Source: a virus (Duplodnaviria > Caudoviricetes). From it: 25,107 bases of DNA. The notes below the pieces were generated by a model that made no database searches, had not been told where the DNA came from, and saw only the letters and a program-made list of their open reading frames with translations. The translations under genes were made by a program, and so were the position numbers. Positions 24,156 through 25,107 of the stretch are shown here, in pieces (position 1 is the first letter of the stretch; each line of letters begins with the position of its first letter). The DNA lies in the IMG/VR virus record IMGVR_UViG_3300046779_001894, positions 1-25,107 of that record; one strand, given 5' to 3'.

Positions 24156-24785
24156 CTAGCCTCTCAATTGGGCATTAACAATGCCAGCGTAATAATCCAA
24201 AACCGATATCATTTTATACCGAGCAGCAGGCAGAGCCTTTTCCGCACTAGGCCATACAAAACGAGAAGCACTATTCTGCTTCACACCCCTACCACCATTC
24301 AAGTTCTCAACAAACTTACGAGAACCATCAACAGTAATACGGTGCTTACGACTACCAGTAGGCGACAGGCTATACGGATACTCTCTCGTATAGGCATAAC
24401 GGTTCATCGCCCTACGACTACGACCAGCCATGTCAGCAATACCCAAAGCAGAAGAACGAGTCCTAACACGAGCAATCGAATTGTATTTCTTCTTCACAGC
24501 CAAACGAGGAGTCTGAATAGTAGTCGAGTTAGCAGGAAACCCAGTATTCCAAGTCAAACGACCCGGAATAACCTTTGGAGTCATACCAGACAAAGGTGGG
24601 CTAGACGGGATACCACGCCTAACAGCATCCTCAACAGGCTTCGCAATATCACGAGCCTTAGCCCTCAACTGCACAACATGGCCTTTATCAATCTGACTCA
24701 AAATCTGAATCATCGGGCGAACATCAGTAAATGCAACAGCGACCCTGCCATTAGCAGAAGTCACAGAGAAATTACTAATAGCCAT
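24156..24785 (-). CDS. putative neck/tail-completion protein (HK97 gp10-like)
   Basis: Basic 209 aa protein ending SRFVWPSAEKALP; leaderless TAGAAT-N6-ATG. Confidence 0.5.
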   Translation of the reverse strand: MAISNFSVTSANGRVAVAFTDVRPMIQILSQIDKGHVVQLRAKARDIAKPVEDAVRRGIPSSPPLSGMTPKVIPGRLTWNTGFPANSTTIQTPRLAVKKKYNSIARVRTRSSALGIADMAGRSRRAMNRYAYTREYPYSLSPTGSRKHRITVDGSRKFVENLNGGRGVKQNSASRFVWPSAEKALPAARYKMISVLDYYAGIVNAQLRG

Positions 24786-24803
24786 ACAACCATTCTACCG
24801 AGC

Positions 24804-24833
24804 AAAAAGAAAACCACCCTTTCGGGTGGCTTT
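24804..24833 (-). terminator. rho-independent terminator
   Basis: AAAGCCACCC-GAAA-GGGTGGTTT followed by TCTTTTT. Confidence 0.85.
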
Positions 24834-24835
24834 CC

Positions 24836-24994
24836 TCAACTGGAACTTTGAGCCTGCGCTCTCGCTACCAAATAACGAGTCATAGTAAACAACATACGGT
24901 CAGACTCTTGCATAAGCAAAGACGGTGCAATGCCGGTTTCACAAGCCAACGCAGCAATGTGCCAATGAGCGGAAGTTTCGCCCAGACCCCTTAT
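24836..24994 (-). CDS. tail assembly chaperone, -1 frameshift extension (gpGT-like)
   Basis: The -1 frame after C CCA AAA is open: IRGLGETSAHWHIAALACETGIAPSLLMQESDRMLFTM... Confidence 0.75.
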   Translation of the reverse strand: MRGLGETSAHWHIAALACETGIAPSLLMQESDRMLFTMTRYLVARAQAQSSS

Positions 24995-25107
24995 TTTGGG
25001 TCTGATTCACTCGCCCCAACAGAAGCAACATCTTCAACCCAAGACTCGAAATCTTTGGTTGTTTCCTTACGGCGTTTCTCGCTAGTCCAAGCCAAAAACA
25101 ACAGGTG
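24991..25107 (-). CDS. tail assembly chaperone (gpG-like), C-terminal part
   Basis: HLLFLAW...FESWVEDV...SDPK*, ending in a slippery heptamer. Confidence 0.75.
   Translation of the reverse strand, partial: HLLFLAWTSEKRRKETTKDFESWVEDVASVGASESDPK

Overview
This window is about 25 kb of a small siphovirus (Caudoviricetes) genome, almost all encoded on the minus strand. The host is inferred to be an actinobacterium from a WhiB gene, actinobacterial LexA and PafBC-type boxes and leaderless starts. Read along the minus strand, the order is: tail assembly chaperone with a -1 frameshift, gp10-like gene, tape measure, minor tail genes, lysis genes (M23 peptidase, holin-like), a lone plus-strand whiB, a recombination/replication operon (YqaJ exonuclease, annealing protein, HNH, O-like initiator with iterons, G39P-like loader, SSB, frameshifted RusA), an array of small paralogous cassettes, a metallophosphoesterase, a tRNA-like element and the packaging HNH. 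Then comes a ~4.1 kb accessory island, a cos-like region, terS, terL and the start of portal. The window therefore appears to span the joined genome ends. The island is the most unusual part. It holds three transcription units with the same promoter and 5'-hairpin design, two AACCAAATTTT arrays, and non-coding blocks full of host-regulator-like sites (LexA boxes, palindromes). No integrase, repressor, DNA polymerase or CRISPR array is visible. All calls come from reading motifs by eye; no database searches were run.
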